Shown here: in pieces, positions 37,001-47,744 of the stretch
Layout of the letters: each line of letters begins with the position of its first letter
Numbering within the stretch: position 1 is the stretch's first letter
Assembly: GCA_018398765.1 (NCBI GenBank)
Contig: JAHBMJ010000433.1
Span: forward strand, 1-47,744
DNA: 47,744 nt
Source: Chromera velia
Taxonomy: Eukaryota
Direction of reading: 5' to 3'
Notes under the pieces: model-generated
What the model was told of the DNA's origin: nothing
The model's input: only the letters and a program-made list of their open reading frames with translations
Database searches by the model: none
Translations under genes and position numbers: made by a program

Positions 37001-38877
37001 AACAAACGCCATACATGCCAGTACAAATGTTTGTACATGCATACACAAACAAACAAACGCCATAGATGCCCCCAAATCCGTGCGAGCGCAGGTCAAAGAT
37101 GGGAGTCCGAAGGCGATGGGGCAGCCCGAGCATGAGCCCTCAAACCTTCAGGTCCTTTCTGCAAATGGAGAAGAAAAGGACACCGAAAAGGGAAAGACCC
37201 CTCTGCCGGTTGTCACAGTGCAAGAGCCAGAAGGCCAGACGAAGGGAGAAGGCGGAGAGGCGTCGCAAGGCCTCTCCCCTCCTCCTCAGGCATCAGCCTC
37301 CGTTAACCGAGTGGTCAGTGTGCGTTTGTTCTTCTTTGTGAAGGCGCAGTTCTGCCTTCGAATTTATTGGTCACATATTCTACGGGCGTAGCTGTCTATC
37401 CGGAACTCGATTCAGTTTTTCATTCCCTCCGCAGTACCAGCGTTGCTGGTGGGGTTTCCGAACAGGGTATGCGTCGATCTTTCGTTCTTCCCTACCGCGT
37501 ATGAGTCTGTAGGTCTTCACAAAAGACGTATTCAAGTAGAGATGTATGCGGAAACGAATACGAATATGTCTCTGCTTTGTTCCCTCTTCCTGGTTTCAGG
37601 TGGGATCCGTCACCACACGCAGCATGGTGTCGTCCGTTGGGGGCACGCCAGAGAAAGTCGAAATCGCCCCTGTGGCACAAATCGGATTCGCAACCTTCCT
37701 CCATGGGGGCGGATTTGCTGCGATACAGGTGGGAGTGCAGACTGACTGAAAATGATGAGATGAAACGCAAAAGGTTGTGATGCGACACCCCTTTTTGTGG
37801 AAGGCGGGCAGTCAGGAATGAAGGGTAAGAGACGACTCTGAGGGGGGTTTTGCATCGTTTCTTCTGTTATACCTCGCCCATTGGACATCTTGTCTGTCTG
37901 TCAGTGTATGCATAGCTTCTCGTGGACTTACGCGGGATTGTCATTACTACTGTATTTCATGTCTTCCGTGACTTGCATTTGTTTTCGTACACGTGCGTCC
38001 CCTCTGTGTGTCCTGCAGGCTCTGATCGGTTTATACGCTGAGCAGGTGTTTGGTGTGACGGCATTGGATCTTGGGTTCATTATGACGGGCGTGGCTGTGA
38101 TCTTCATCTTGACTCAATTCTTTGTGTTCACACCTCTTCAAAAGAATTGGGGTATAGAGATCACGGTGATCATCGGGGAGTGCATTGTGGTTGCCTCTTT
38201 CTTCACGATCTTCATTCCAACTCAACTTTGGGCCTTCCTTGTGATCCTCTACATCTTTGTGGTCAGTACTGCCCCAGACGGCGGCAGGATTATTCATATA
38301 ATCCACAAGGCATGCATGAACATGTCACCACAAAACTTAATAACACACGGACGCTCGATTTCTTCTCAACTATGGGCCCTTCCTCTTCCTCTTTCAGAAA
38401 TCCACCACTCCTCCATCGCTTGGCCCTCTGCCTCTTCTCGCTCAGTTGTTCTACCTCCATCGCTTCAATCAACCTACGCTTCCCTCCATGTGTACATTCG
38501 TGAACTGTGCAGCTGGGCAATTCCCTGATCATTCCGGCAGTGCCCACAATGCTCTCATTCTTCACGACCTCCAAACACGTCACCACAGTGGTGTCTGTCG
38601 GACAGACATCTATGGCGGCCGCGAGGGTGATCTTTCCTCTCTTCCTCGGTCGGTCCGGGTGGGTGGGTTGGTCGGTGAGTGGATTGGTGAGCACACGCTC
38701 ACCGGGTTTGTTTCTCTTCTTTTCCGAGCGCATCCTTACCACCGATGTGCGCTCTTCCTGCATACGCTCCGGTCTGCTGGGCTGTGCGTCTGGCTATGTT
38801 CTTCAACCTTCAGTGCTTCATCGGCAATGAAAGCATATGGATTAGTAGATGCTGCATTGATGTATGACCAGCCTTCC

Positions 38878-38919
<42 letters not shown>

Positions 38920-39435
38920 TTTCTTCCTTTTTGTTCTCTTATTTGCTCTTCTCTCTGTTTTGTTCAGGATTTCTTCTCGAGCTGAACCCCTCTCTCCCCT
39001 GGATTGTCTCCGGTGCCGTCTGTTCGGCTGCCCTTGGAGTGTGGATCTTCGTCCTTGTTAAGGGAGACCTCAGAAGGAAGAAGGCAGAGGTGGGCCGGGC
39101 GGTGGGCGCGTATGTGGGGGGGGACGTGTTTTGGCGGCTGTCTGCCGCGTCTCTTAGAGTGCGCGCCAAAGACGAAATGCTGAGACGGGAGGAAAGAATA
39201 GAAGAAAAAAAAAAGCACACAGAAAGAAAGAAGGAGCAATTTTGTCTCTCTCCCTCTGTGTCGCCGTCTGCGGCTCTGCCTCTTTTGAATTGTCTCTTTT
39301 CTACCTCTCTGTCGGTTGGTCGGTCAGTTGATCGGAGGGAGGTTGGAGGAGATAGGCAGAGGAGAGTGGCAAGCAAGGGGGGAAACGTCTGGGTGAACTT
39401 GACCCTATCCCCCCCCCGCCCTCCATCTCTCTCTC

Positions 39436-39475
<40 letters not shown>

Positions 39476-40445
39476 CGCATGAGTGTGTGTCTGCAGTCTG
39501 TTCCTCCAAAGGTGATGCTGCTCCAGTCTCGTCTGAACACGAAGAGAGAGAAGGTGAGCTCGTCGGAGAAGGCAGCTCTGGGGGAGTGGTTCTCGGACTT
39601 CCTCATGGAGAGGAACTACACCAGATGGAAGGCGCACGTGAGGGAACTGGAGGTGAGTCAGCCCTACCTCATATGCGTGCTTATGCGTACACGAAAGAAT
39701 GTATGTATATGTGCTTCACGTAAGGGGGTGCTCAATGCATCTATTGTTGTTCTGTCTTCCTGGTCAACAGAGAGAGTTCTTGACGCCGAGAGATAGGGGT
39801 AGAGAAAAGCCGAGTTGGGTGGGTAGGTGATCGTAGCAGGTCCTTGAATGTCAATGTCTGGGCAGGCCCTTGAATGTTTTTGCCTGCCGACAAGAAAAGT
39901 CAGGCAGGAAGGCGTCGAAGGAAACCAAAAAGGGATTTTTTGTCAGATGCAGTGCACTCAGTCAGTGAGCAGTGCATGTACGCGTCGGGTCACTCGGAAC
40001 AAAACGGATAAAGAATCATTGAGACAAAAGATCCCCCCCCTCACCTAGCAGAGACTTCCCACTTCTCATCCTCTTTTCTTCCCTTTTTTTTTATCTCTCT
40101 GGCGTGTGAATCCAGCTCTGTCTCCTGTGTCAATAATCTGAAGACGAAATCGGAATCCTTCACGAATCTATCATACAAGCGTCCGTTTCTCTGTAAACGT
40201 GTAACTCTCGTTTTAGCGATGAAAATGCGCACACCTCCTCTCGGCAGCTTATGCCCCATGCGCCTCCCCAATGTCAACAGATTGCTTTCTTTGTGTTCTC
40301 ACATGCACAGAGCAAGTACAGGTCCGGTGTGTGATTGTAGCTGTCTTCTGTTTGCCTTTCTGTCGGTCCGACTGTCTGTCTCTGTCTGTCTGTCTGTCTG
40401 TCTGTCTTATCTGTCCGTCTGTCCTATGTGTCTGTCCTGCCTTCC

Positions 40446-40481
<36 letters not shown>

Positions 40482-40487
40482 CGTCTG

Positions 40488-40523
<36 letters not shown>

Positions 40524-40832
40524 TATCTGTCCGTCTGTCCTATGTGTCTGTCCTGCCTGCCTGCCTGTCTGTCTGTCTGTCTGTCTGCCTGTCTGTCTGT
40601 CTGTCTGTCTGCAGATCGTCCTCGATGCAGCGCTCCCCCCCCTTGCAGCAGATGCAGACGTGCGAAGAGAGGAAGTCACATATATTCTCAGGTCGGTCAC
40701 TCAGTTGATGGCACAAATCTGTGGTTCTCTGTCGAATGTTTCGTTCAGTAGACAAACAACATGCATGCACCAATGAAGAATGCAGGTTGACAAACATCTC
40801 TCCGCTCTGCATTGTCTCTTCTTGCGTCGACA

Positions 40833-40869
<37 letters not shown>

Positions 40870-41494
40870 CCTCCCTCCCTCTGACTCTCTCCAAAGAGAC
40901 ATCCCGATGTGATGAGGATCACGGAACTTTGTTGGCGTAGACAGCCTCATGCAGCATCGCGTACCAAAATCCAATGAATAGCTTTCACATCCCCCGATTG
41001 CTGAGGAGGAGAAGGAGAGGAAAGGAAAGGCGATAAAAGAGAAACGATTTCGTTAGAGAGATTGCAGTTTCCACATAAGAACAAAAACGGTTCGAGAGAC
41101 AAACAGGACGCAAAGAGTGTTGTCGGACCTGGCTGACATACCTGGCTGACCCGCTTAATGTCCCCGCGGCCGAAGATCCCGTGTCTCTCTCTACCTGCCT
41201 ACGTGCCTGCCTGTCAATTTTCATGTAAGTTTTCTGTCTGACTGACTCAATGTCTCTCCGCCGTCCACAAAAGCCCCCCACAAGGTAAATGGATGCAGCC
41301 AGATATCTGTGCATGGACTTCGGCAGAAGGAAGATTTTGGGTACACATGCATGTGTTGAGTGACGTAGTGACACCTTTCCCTTTGTATCTCTTTCTTTCT
41401 TAATTCTCTCTGCAGGGAGGCCCCCAAGGCAAAGAAACGGTATCTCGACTGGAGAGAGGTCACTGTGGCCACCTGCGCCCTCCCTGTCACATGA
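34043..41494 (+). CDS. Major facilitator superfamily transporter (TetA/DHA1-like), 15 exons, about 649 aa
   Basis: Exons 34043-34108, 34209-34275, 34367-34398, 34593-34676, 34885-34942, 35220-35590, 36364-36471, 37092-37313, 37600-37728, 38019-38261, 38513-38648, 38968-39089, 39497-39652, 40615-40691, 41416-41494. TM1 FIDMMSVSLVIPILPF, motif-A-like SRAADKYGTK, FRALTGLFAG and motif-C-like LLFGPAVAGGL are present, and the second 6-TM half is also present. Confidence 0.88.
36731..37070. repeat. Intronic minisatellite, 7 x 47-51 bp
   Basis: Unit gccagtacagatgtttgtacatacacaaacaaacaa(a/g)cgcc(a/g)tacat. Copies start at 36731, 36778, 36825, 36872, 36919, 36970 and 37017. Confidence 0.95.
40372..40610. 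repeat. (TCTG)n microsatellite containing a duplicated about 45-bp variant block, directly upstream of an MFS acceptor
   Basis: tcttatctgtccgtctgtcctatgtgtctgtcctgcct occurs twice (about 40405 and 40521) within the TCTG repeats. Confidence 0.85.
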
Positions 41495-41797
41495 GGGCGG
41501 GGGCCTGGGGTCATTTGCGTATCTGCTGTTACTTGTTTCTTTCTGTGTGTCTATCTGTCTGTCTTCTGCATGCCTTCCTCGGGGCGCATCGAGTCATCGA
41601 TCGATCCATCGGCAACGCGCAGGAGGGCGATGTGCATGGGAGGCAAACTTGGAAGCGGCAGTGTGTGTGGCCTGCTTGGCCGGAGTGGGGGCACTCACTT
41701 GATCCATTCTGTGTGCGAGCTCGGCCGGGGATTGGGGGGATACTGCGGGAGGGAGAAAGGGGTAAGACGAAAGGGAATACAGAAAAAAGAAAGAGGG

Positions 41798-41921
41798 NNN
41801 NNNNNNNNNNNNNNNNNNNNNNNNNNNNNNNNNNNNNNNNNNNNNNNNNNNNNNNNNNNNNNNNNNNNNNNNNNNNNNNNNNNNNNNNNNNNNNNNNNNN
41901 NNNNNNNNNNNNNNNNNNNNN
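41798..41921. other. Assembly gap (N run)
   Basis: Run of n flanked by G-rich sequence. Confidence 0.99.
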
Positions 41922-43485
41922 GGGGGGGGGGGGAACGTGGAGACATGAAGGGATAATTCAAAGACGATCAAAAGCTTTTAGGGGGGGAAGGGAAGTATGA
42001 GGTCTCTCTTGACGTAAGAATTCGAATCGTTATTTTTTCTTTAGAGAGAAGGCTTCAGACTGTTGTGAAGACAAATCAAATATGGGCAGGGAATGACGGG
42101 AGTGGGCTCGTCTAATTCGTTTATCGGTTGAAAGGGGGATGAAAAGAATGCAGGGTCAATGAGAAGAAAAGTCCAAAGGAATTCTGAAGGGCGCAGATAG
42201 TCATTCAGATCACTCGTTTGTTCTTTCATTCATTCATTCACTCATTCCGCCATAAAGGCCTCTTCTCATTTGCCCATTGACATACTCATTCATCCGCTTT
42301 TGCTGTATTGGGGGCAAAGGCACAATGTCATGTGCGGTGTACACGGAGAGCAGAAAGAAAAAACCAAATAAGATTCAATTAAGGCCGATGGGTGTCGAGT
42401 GAAATCCATTGACGCCTTCGGAGGTAGGGTGGGGGCGACTCGGAGAGGAATGGACAAATGTTTCTTACTGCACGAAGGGCAACGAGACAAACGAAGTTGG
42501 AAGTGAGCCTTTAAAGGATTTGAACATTTGTTGAACCAGACTCCTTGTCGACGTGACGGAGGGCTGATTTGTCGCTTGTTCTTTATATACCTTTTCTGAC
42601 ACACTGCATTCACGTACACGTATTGACAGAAGTGCTCATGTATCAAAGGAAGTCAGGAAACAAAAAAGACGAGCTGAGCAAAAGTCTGGCAAAAGAAACA
42701 AGAAAACGATTCTGCGACCCTGCAGGATGGTTGAATGAAAGGAACGAGTTTTAGTTAAATGCAACCATTGAACGGGATCCATTACAGGTATAGAGGTAGC
42801 ATTGAAAAAAAGAAAAAGAAAAAAAAAATGAAAAACTGATTTTGGACAACCTAGTGGATAACGTACAACAGTTGTGTAATACTTGTAACACCTATTGGAA
42901 TACCTAAACGACAGTTGTTTGACAAAAAAAAAAAAAAAAGAAAACTGGTTGGGCAATTGTTTTTTCTTTAATGTTCCCTCTAGCATTTATTTATGGGTAG
43001 AGGCACTTAAATAATCTTCTAAACAATAGTTAATTAAATTAAGTTTTAAATTTTAATTGTTTTATATTAATTTGACTTAGTTTTTCATCTTAAAAGGCCC
43101 GCTTGCACTTCGTAAATAGAACGGTATGAAAAGATAACAAACATGCATTATTACGAATTCTTTTCTTTTTCTTGGGTGACACTTTTGCATCGGCTGAGTA
43201 ATTGTTTTAAATTGTTTTCTTTTTCTGAAGAAGTAAAATGTAGTTGTAGGTCGGCGCGAATTGGCGCCGGATGCACGCGGCCGGGGCTTGAAATTCCGGC
43301 GGACCGGAGGGCGCCGGAAGTCGGCAAAAGATCCGTGCTATGCATGCCGGCCGTTCAACGGCCATTGATGCTTCAAAAGATCTTCCATGCGGTCACTGCG
43401 AGCAGGTCGTTGATGCTTGAGCAAGTAGGCAACCAAGATGGCGATGAAGTGAATCGTGTTGGTCACTAAGATTCAGTCGAAGTCA

Positions 43486-43603
43486 ATGCGCCTGTTTGGA
43501 AAGAATGCTTTCAAGACGCTGCCGTCGTCCTCTTCTGAACCTAATGCTCGAGGAGACGGCAGAGACGGCGACGTAGACGGAGCACGATCGTTAAAACGGT
43601 GGG

Positions 43604-43645
<42 letters not shown>

Positions 43646-45022
43646 CGCCTCTCTCACTCTTCATTCCTCTCGCTTTCGCTCTGTATCCCTCCCTCTGTGC
43701 CTGCCTGTGTGGGTCAGAGAGACTGCCAAAAAATTGACTAGGTCCATCTTGTCGAGACCACTCACTCTTTCCCCCTCTCAGTCTCTTTCACACACCTCAA
43801 TCCACGTACAAATCAATACACACACACAGGCCCATCACGTCGGATCTGCCTCCGCGCTGGGAAGCACAGGAGGCTCTCTGCGCGGGTCACGACAACCACG
43901 CCCACACCCACCATGGTCACAGTCACGGACAAGAGGGTTGCCAGGGATGCATTCACCACCGGCCTCCCCCCGTGGTGCGCTTCACAGAGACCTCCTTCGT
44001 CAACCTCACCCTGAACCTCACTGTGAACGTCAATGCGAGCCTCGATGTGCCACCCCCCTCCGTGGAGGAACAGAGAGAGGAGGGAGACCGGGGAACTCCT
44101 GGAGACGGCGAGCCGCTACAGCAGAAGAAGAAAGAAGAGAGGAGAGAGATACGCATCCGTGTGCACGCATACGCGGGAAAGGTTTTTCTAGAGGGAAGGC
44201 CGGAGGTGCACGTTCACGGGAGACATTTCTCCGCAGCGGTGGGTTTTTCTTCTTCTGTTTGCTTCAGGAAACTTTCTTTCGCGTGTCTTTTTTGGCTATG
44301 GAAGGAAGACAAGCCTCTGATTCGGATTGCGGGCATGACAGAAGGACACTTGCGTTGCAGGAAGGGAGGACATTTGGGTCAAACGAAAAAGTGAAGAGAC
44401 ACAGATAGAAAAATCGACAGACAGACAGACACACAGACAGCGTTGAGTTGCTTGAATGTCGTAGAAAGTGTGAGTGATTGAATATGGGTGGGTCGCATGG
44501 AAACTTGAATTGGCAGTGCAAGACTCGTGTGCGTGTCGATGATATGTTCTTTTTTTTGCTCTCTGTGTTGTTCTATTCATCATGTCTCTCACAGTTTGAA
44601 CGCGATGTCGTCTTTCTGTGCAGGCTTTGGGTCCTGTGCTTTCAAGTCTGGTTCTCCTCGAGAAAGAGACGGGGGTACAGAAAGAGGGAGGAGAAGGGTG
44701 GACCGGGGGAGAGAGGGACGAGATGAGTAGGATGAAATTGAATGTGAAGGCTTTGCGTGTGACGGAATTCTCGGGGCAAGATGGGGTGACTGTGCTTTCG
44801 AGTCTCTGTTCTTTTCTTGGAGGTCGGGGGGGCGTGGGAGGAAGGGTGAGAGGGTAGAAGAGATCTTTTCCTGTCCGTGCCTTTTCCTCCTTGTGATTTC
44901 TTTCCCTCCTCTGCTTCATGTGTCTTCCTCTCTGTCCTTCTTTTCTTTCAGATATGTATGAATTTTACTCTATGCACATTCCTTCTTCTTTCCGTGCCTC
45001 TCTTGTCTCTTTCACAATCTCC

Positions 45023-45063
<41 letters not shown>

Positions 45064-45064
45064 G

Positions 45065-45101
<37 letters not shown>

Positions 45102-45130
45102 CTCTCTCTGTCTTTCTTTCTTTCTTTCTT

Positions 45131-45164
<34 letters not shown>

Positions 45165-46597
45165 TGTGCGTGTGCGCGCGCGCGTGGCTGCCTGTCTGTC
45201 TGCCTGCCTGCGTGGGTCTGGAGTGCGTGTGTTTGTTGGTCGGTCGGTCGGTCTGTGACTGAATGCCAATGTGCGTACTCATGCGTGCTTCTGTCTGTTT
45301 ATCTGTCTATACGTCCGTCAGTCTGTCATTCGGTCGGCCAGTCGGCCTGAAAGAAGACAAGAGAAAGAGAGCGCGGGAATGTGAGTCAGTCAGTCAGTCG
45401 GTAAGGAAGTCTGCCTGTCAGCGACTGAAGCTCAACATGACTGAACCGGACTGTTTGAGGTGCGGACACGTGTTTGTGTGCGTGTATGCATGCAGACCCC
45501 TCGCCACTCCTTTCTCGTCTGGTTGTCCTTGAGATCTCTGAGCTTTCTCTCCCTCCCTGTCTCCCTGCTCAAAGCGGTCTGATGGTACAGTCACAAGAGA
45601 ACAATTCCGTCCTCTTGTTGAAAAGACTTCTTGGCCTTCTCGTGGAATCTCAAAAAGAGAAGGAGGGTCGAGAAAGGGAAAAAGGGAGGGGAGTGCTTCG
45701 CTTCCTGCTGATGCAGCGGGTGAGCGTGCCTCTTCCTTCTCTCCCTGGTCTCTCTGAAGACATGCCGGTGCCACGGAAGGACTCTGAGGGTGTCTCTTGG
45801 ATAGGCGCGGTTGAGGATGAGTTGGTTGCTCTGTCTGAAGGGATCCAAACCCTTGCTTTGGGCTGGAATGTCCTGCCGCCATTGGCAGGTGGAAGGGGGG
45901 GGAGGCGGGAAAGGCTTGAGGAAAAGAGGGAAGCGGAGGGAGGCCTGACCTCATCACGTTTGCTCGAGAGGATTCTGAGACCCGGAGGGACGGGCGTCGA
46001 GAACCTTCGTTTGGTCAGTCAGTCAGTCAGTCAGTCAGTCAGTCAGCCAGTCAGTCTGCCACTTTGACGGGAAAGTCTGTCAGGCTACCTACCCATCGCA
46101 GTCGACTTTCTCTCTTGAAGGTTGCGTTCTTGGCAATGGCGGTAGGACGACGAAGGGACGAAAGTAGAACGGACAAGCGGTCTTGCTAAGTTGTTGAGTG
46201 TTTCTGTTTCTGTTATTGTGATCTGTTCCGGCGATCTCTTTTGTTCTTGCTATGGTGAAGGTCAAGAGGGGGGCGCGCTGAATAGCTTCACCACTTTTTC
46301 GCCCACTCCGCATCCTTCTGCAATCGACGCGCCCTGCAGGAGGGGTGCGGCCTGAGGGGGGCGGACGTTCGTCGTTTGTGTACTGCTGCTGCAGTGCCTC
46401 CCTCCTCATGCGGACCGTCTCCGTCTGTGTTGGTGGAGACGCAACATTCGTGGCAGAACCTGAGGGGGGGGGGGACTGAGGTGAGAGACACGCCGGGAAT
46501 CGACGCACGCAGCTCATTCGATGGGTGGACATGCAGGCTCAAATTGTTGGGTGGGTGTGTGCGTGGGTGGGTGGGAGGAAAGTATTCTTGAGTGTGT

Positions 46598-46645
<48 letters not shown>

Positions 46646-46673
46646 CAAGCAGGCGAGCGAGCGAGCGAGCGAG

Positions 46674-46726
<53 letters not shown>

Positions 46727-47376
46727 AAGAAGAAATAAAACGCGCATATGTGTGTGCGGTTGTCCGCGTAGTACACATGAGTCAAGAAAGACAGTCTGTA
46801 GTTGACGTCGCGTTGGTTTATTGGATGCAACACAGCCTAATAGTTCCACACTTAAATTCTTTCTTTTCATATGTACTCACATGCATTTCTGCTGCTGACC
46901 GAGGGCAGACCTGTCCGAGAACATCTTGGGAGAAGAGGGGGCAGATGCGCTGGCGAAACTTCTCGTTCTTCCCTCAGTGAGGCTTCAGGTCACTTTCCTT
47001 GTCTATCTTCTTTTCTGTTTACTTTTATCTAGTCATTATGTTTTCGTCCCGCATTATTTTCTTGTGCATCTATCCCTTAAAGAGTAAGTGTGTCCGTCAT
47101 TTTCTCTTTATTTGGTACTTGATTCAGTTCACTTGTGTCTCTGCATATTTTTTGGGGGTGTCCCTTGGTAAGTCAGTAGGTCCGGCAGCCCGCCTGTTGC
47201 ATAGAATTTGCTGAATCGTTTGTTTAACTCTCTGCGTTTCCTGTGGCTAATTTTCGTTTCCTTTCTTCCCGGTCTATGCGCAGGCATTAGGCGCACACAG
47301 TAATAATATACAGGCCTAGAGGTCCTTGTCTTCCGTATGTGTTGACATCGACGTGCACGAGCGGGCGGGAGCTTTC

Positions 47377-47417
<41 letters not shown>

Positions 47418-47744
47418 TGTGTATGTGTGCGTGTGTGTGTGTGTGTGTGTTGCGTGCAGACCTTGCGGCTCCACCGTTGCGGTTTGGGTATTGGAGGCGT
47501 TTTGCGTTTGTTGTCTGCTGTTTGCGTGGGCGGAGAGGGAGACCAAGACACACAGGTTCTTTCTGTCAGAGGAGATCTTCGAACCGTGGGGTCAGAGACT
47601 GAGGAAGGGAGCGGGTGCCGAGAGGGAAGCGCCGGGGTGGAAGGCTCAGCAGATGTTGATTTAATCCTCCAGGGATTGAGAGAGAGAGACACGGAGATGG
47701 AGACCGGGGGAGACATTGAGAGAGACCAACCCGGGGAGGGAGAA
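43486..47744 (+). CDS. Putative RNI-like leucine-rich-repeat protein with His/Cys-rich N-terminal segment (3' end outside window)
   Basis: Phase-consistent exons 43486-43598, 43830-44238, 44624-44822, 45496-46013, 46340-46480 and 47460->47744; further small exons between 46480 and 47460 are possible. LRR-like motifs: LSRLVVLEISELSL, IQTLALGWNVL, VENLRL|EGCGLRGADVRRLC, TLRLHRCGLGIGGVLRLL. Confidence 0.6.

Noticed and set aside
36481..37391. Repetitive ORFs on both strands (e.g. 36741-37391) and a CRISPR-like appearance
   Set aside because: They arise from a 47-bp head-to-tail minisatellite with no unique spacers and no cas genes. Only 37092-37313 is a plausible exon.
43913..44014. ATG at 43913 in good context as the start of the last gene
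   Set aside because: That frame stops after 33 codons. The long frame is entered by splicing from exon 43486-43598.

Overview
Eukaryotic, intron-dense, microsatellite-rich genomic DNA. The proteins and intron style suggest a chromerid/apicomplexan-related alveolate such as Chromera (inference). By reading GT-AG junctions and checking exon phases I reconstructed five spliced genes. (1) Minus strand, 16489 to beyond the left edge: about 35 exons and >2100 aa, a predicted surface receptor with signal peptide, 7-bladed RCC1/BLIP-II propeller, 10 calcium-binding EGF repeats (one per exon), a degenerate GPS-like motif and a polycystin-1-like multi-pass membrane region. (2) Proteasome alpha-6/PSMA1 (+, 17290-22684). 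(3) Sec61 alpha (-, 33324-25828). (4) TetA/DHA1-like MFS transporter (+, 34043-41494). (5) An RNI-type LRR-like protein with a His/Cys-rich N-terminus (+, 43486 to beyond the right edge). An AT-rich stretch between PSMA1 and Sec61 holds apparently nested MITE-like elements. The most novel-looking item is the RCC1-EGF-GPS-PKD1-like receptor, with its homogenised EGF exon array and micro-exons. Most ORF-track entries are microsatellite or antisense artefacts. No RNA genes or CRISPR arrays were recognised.
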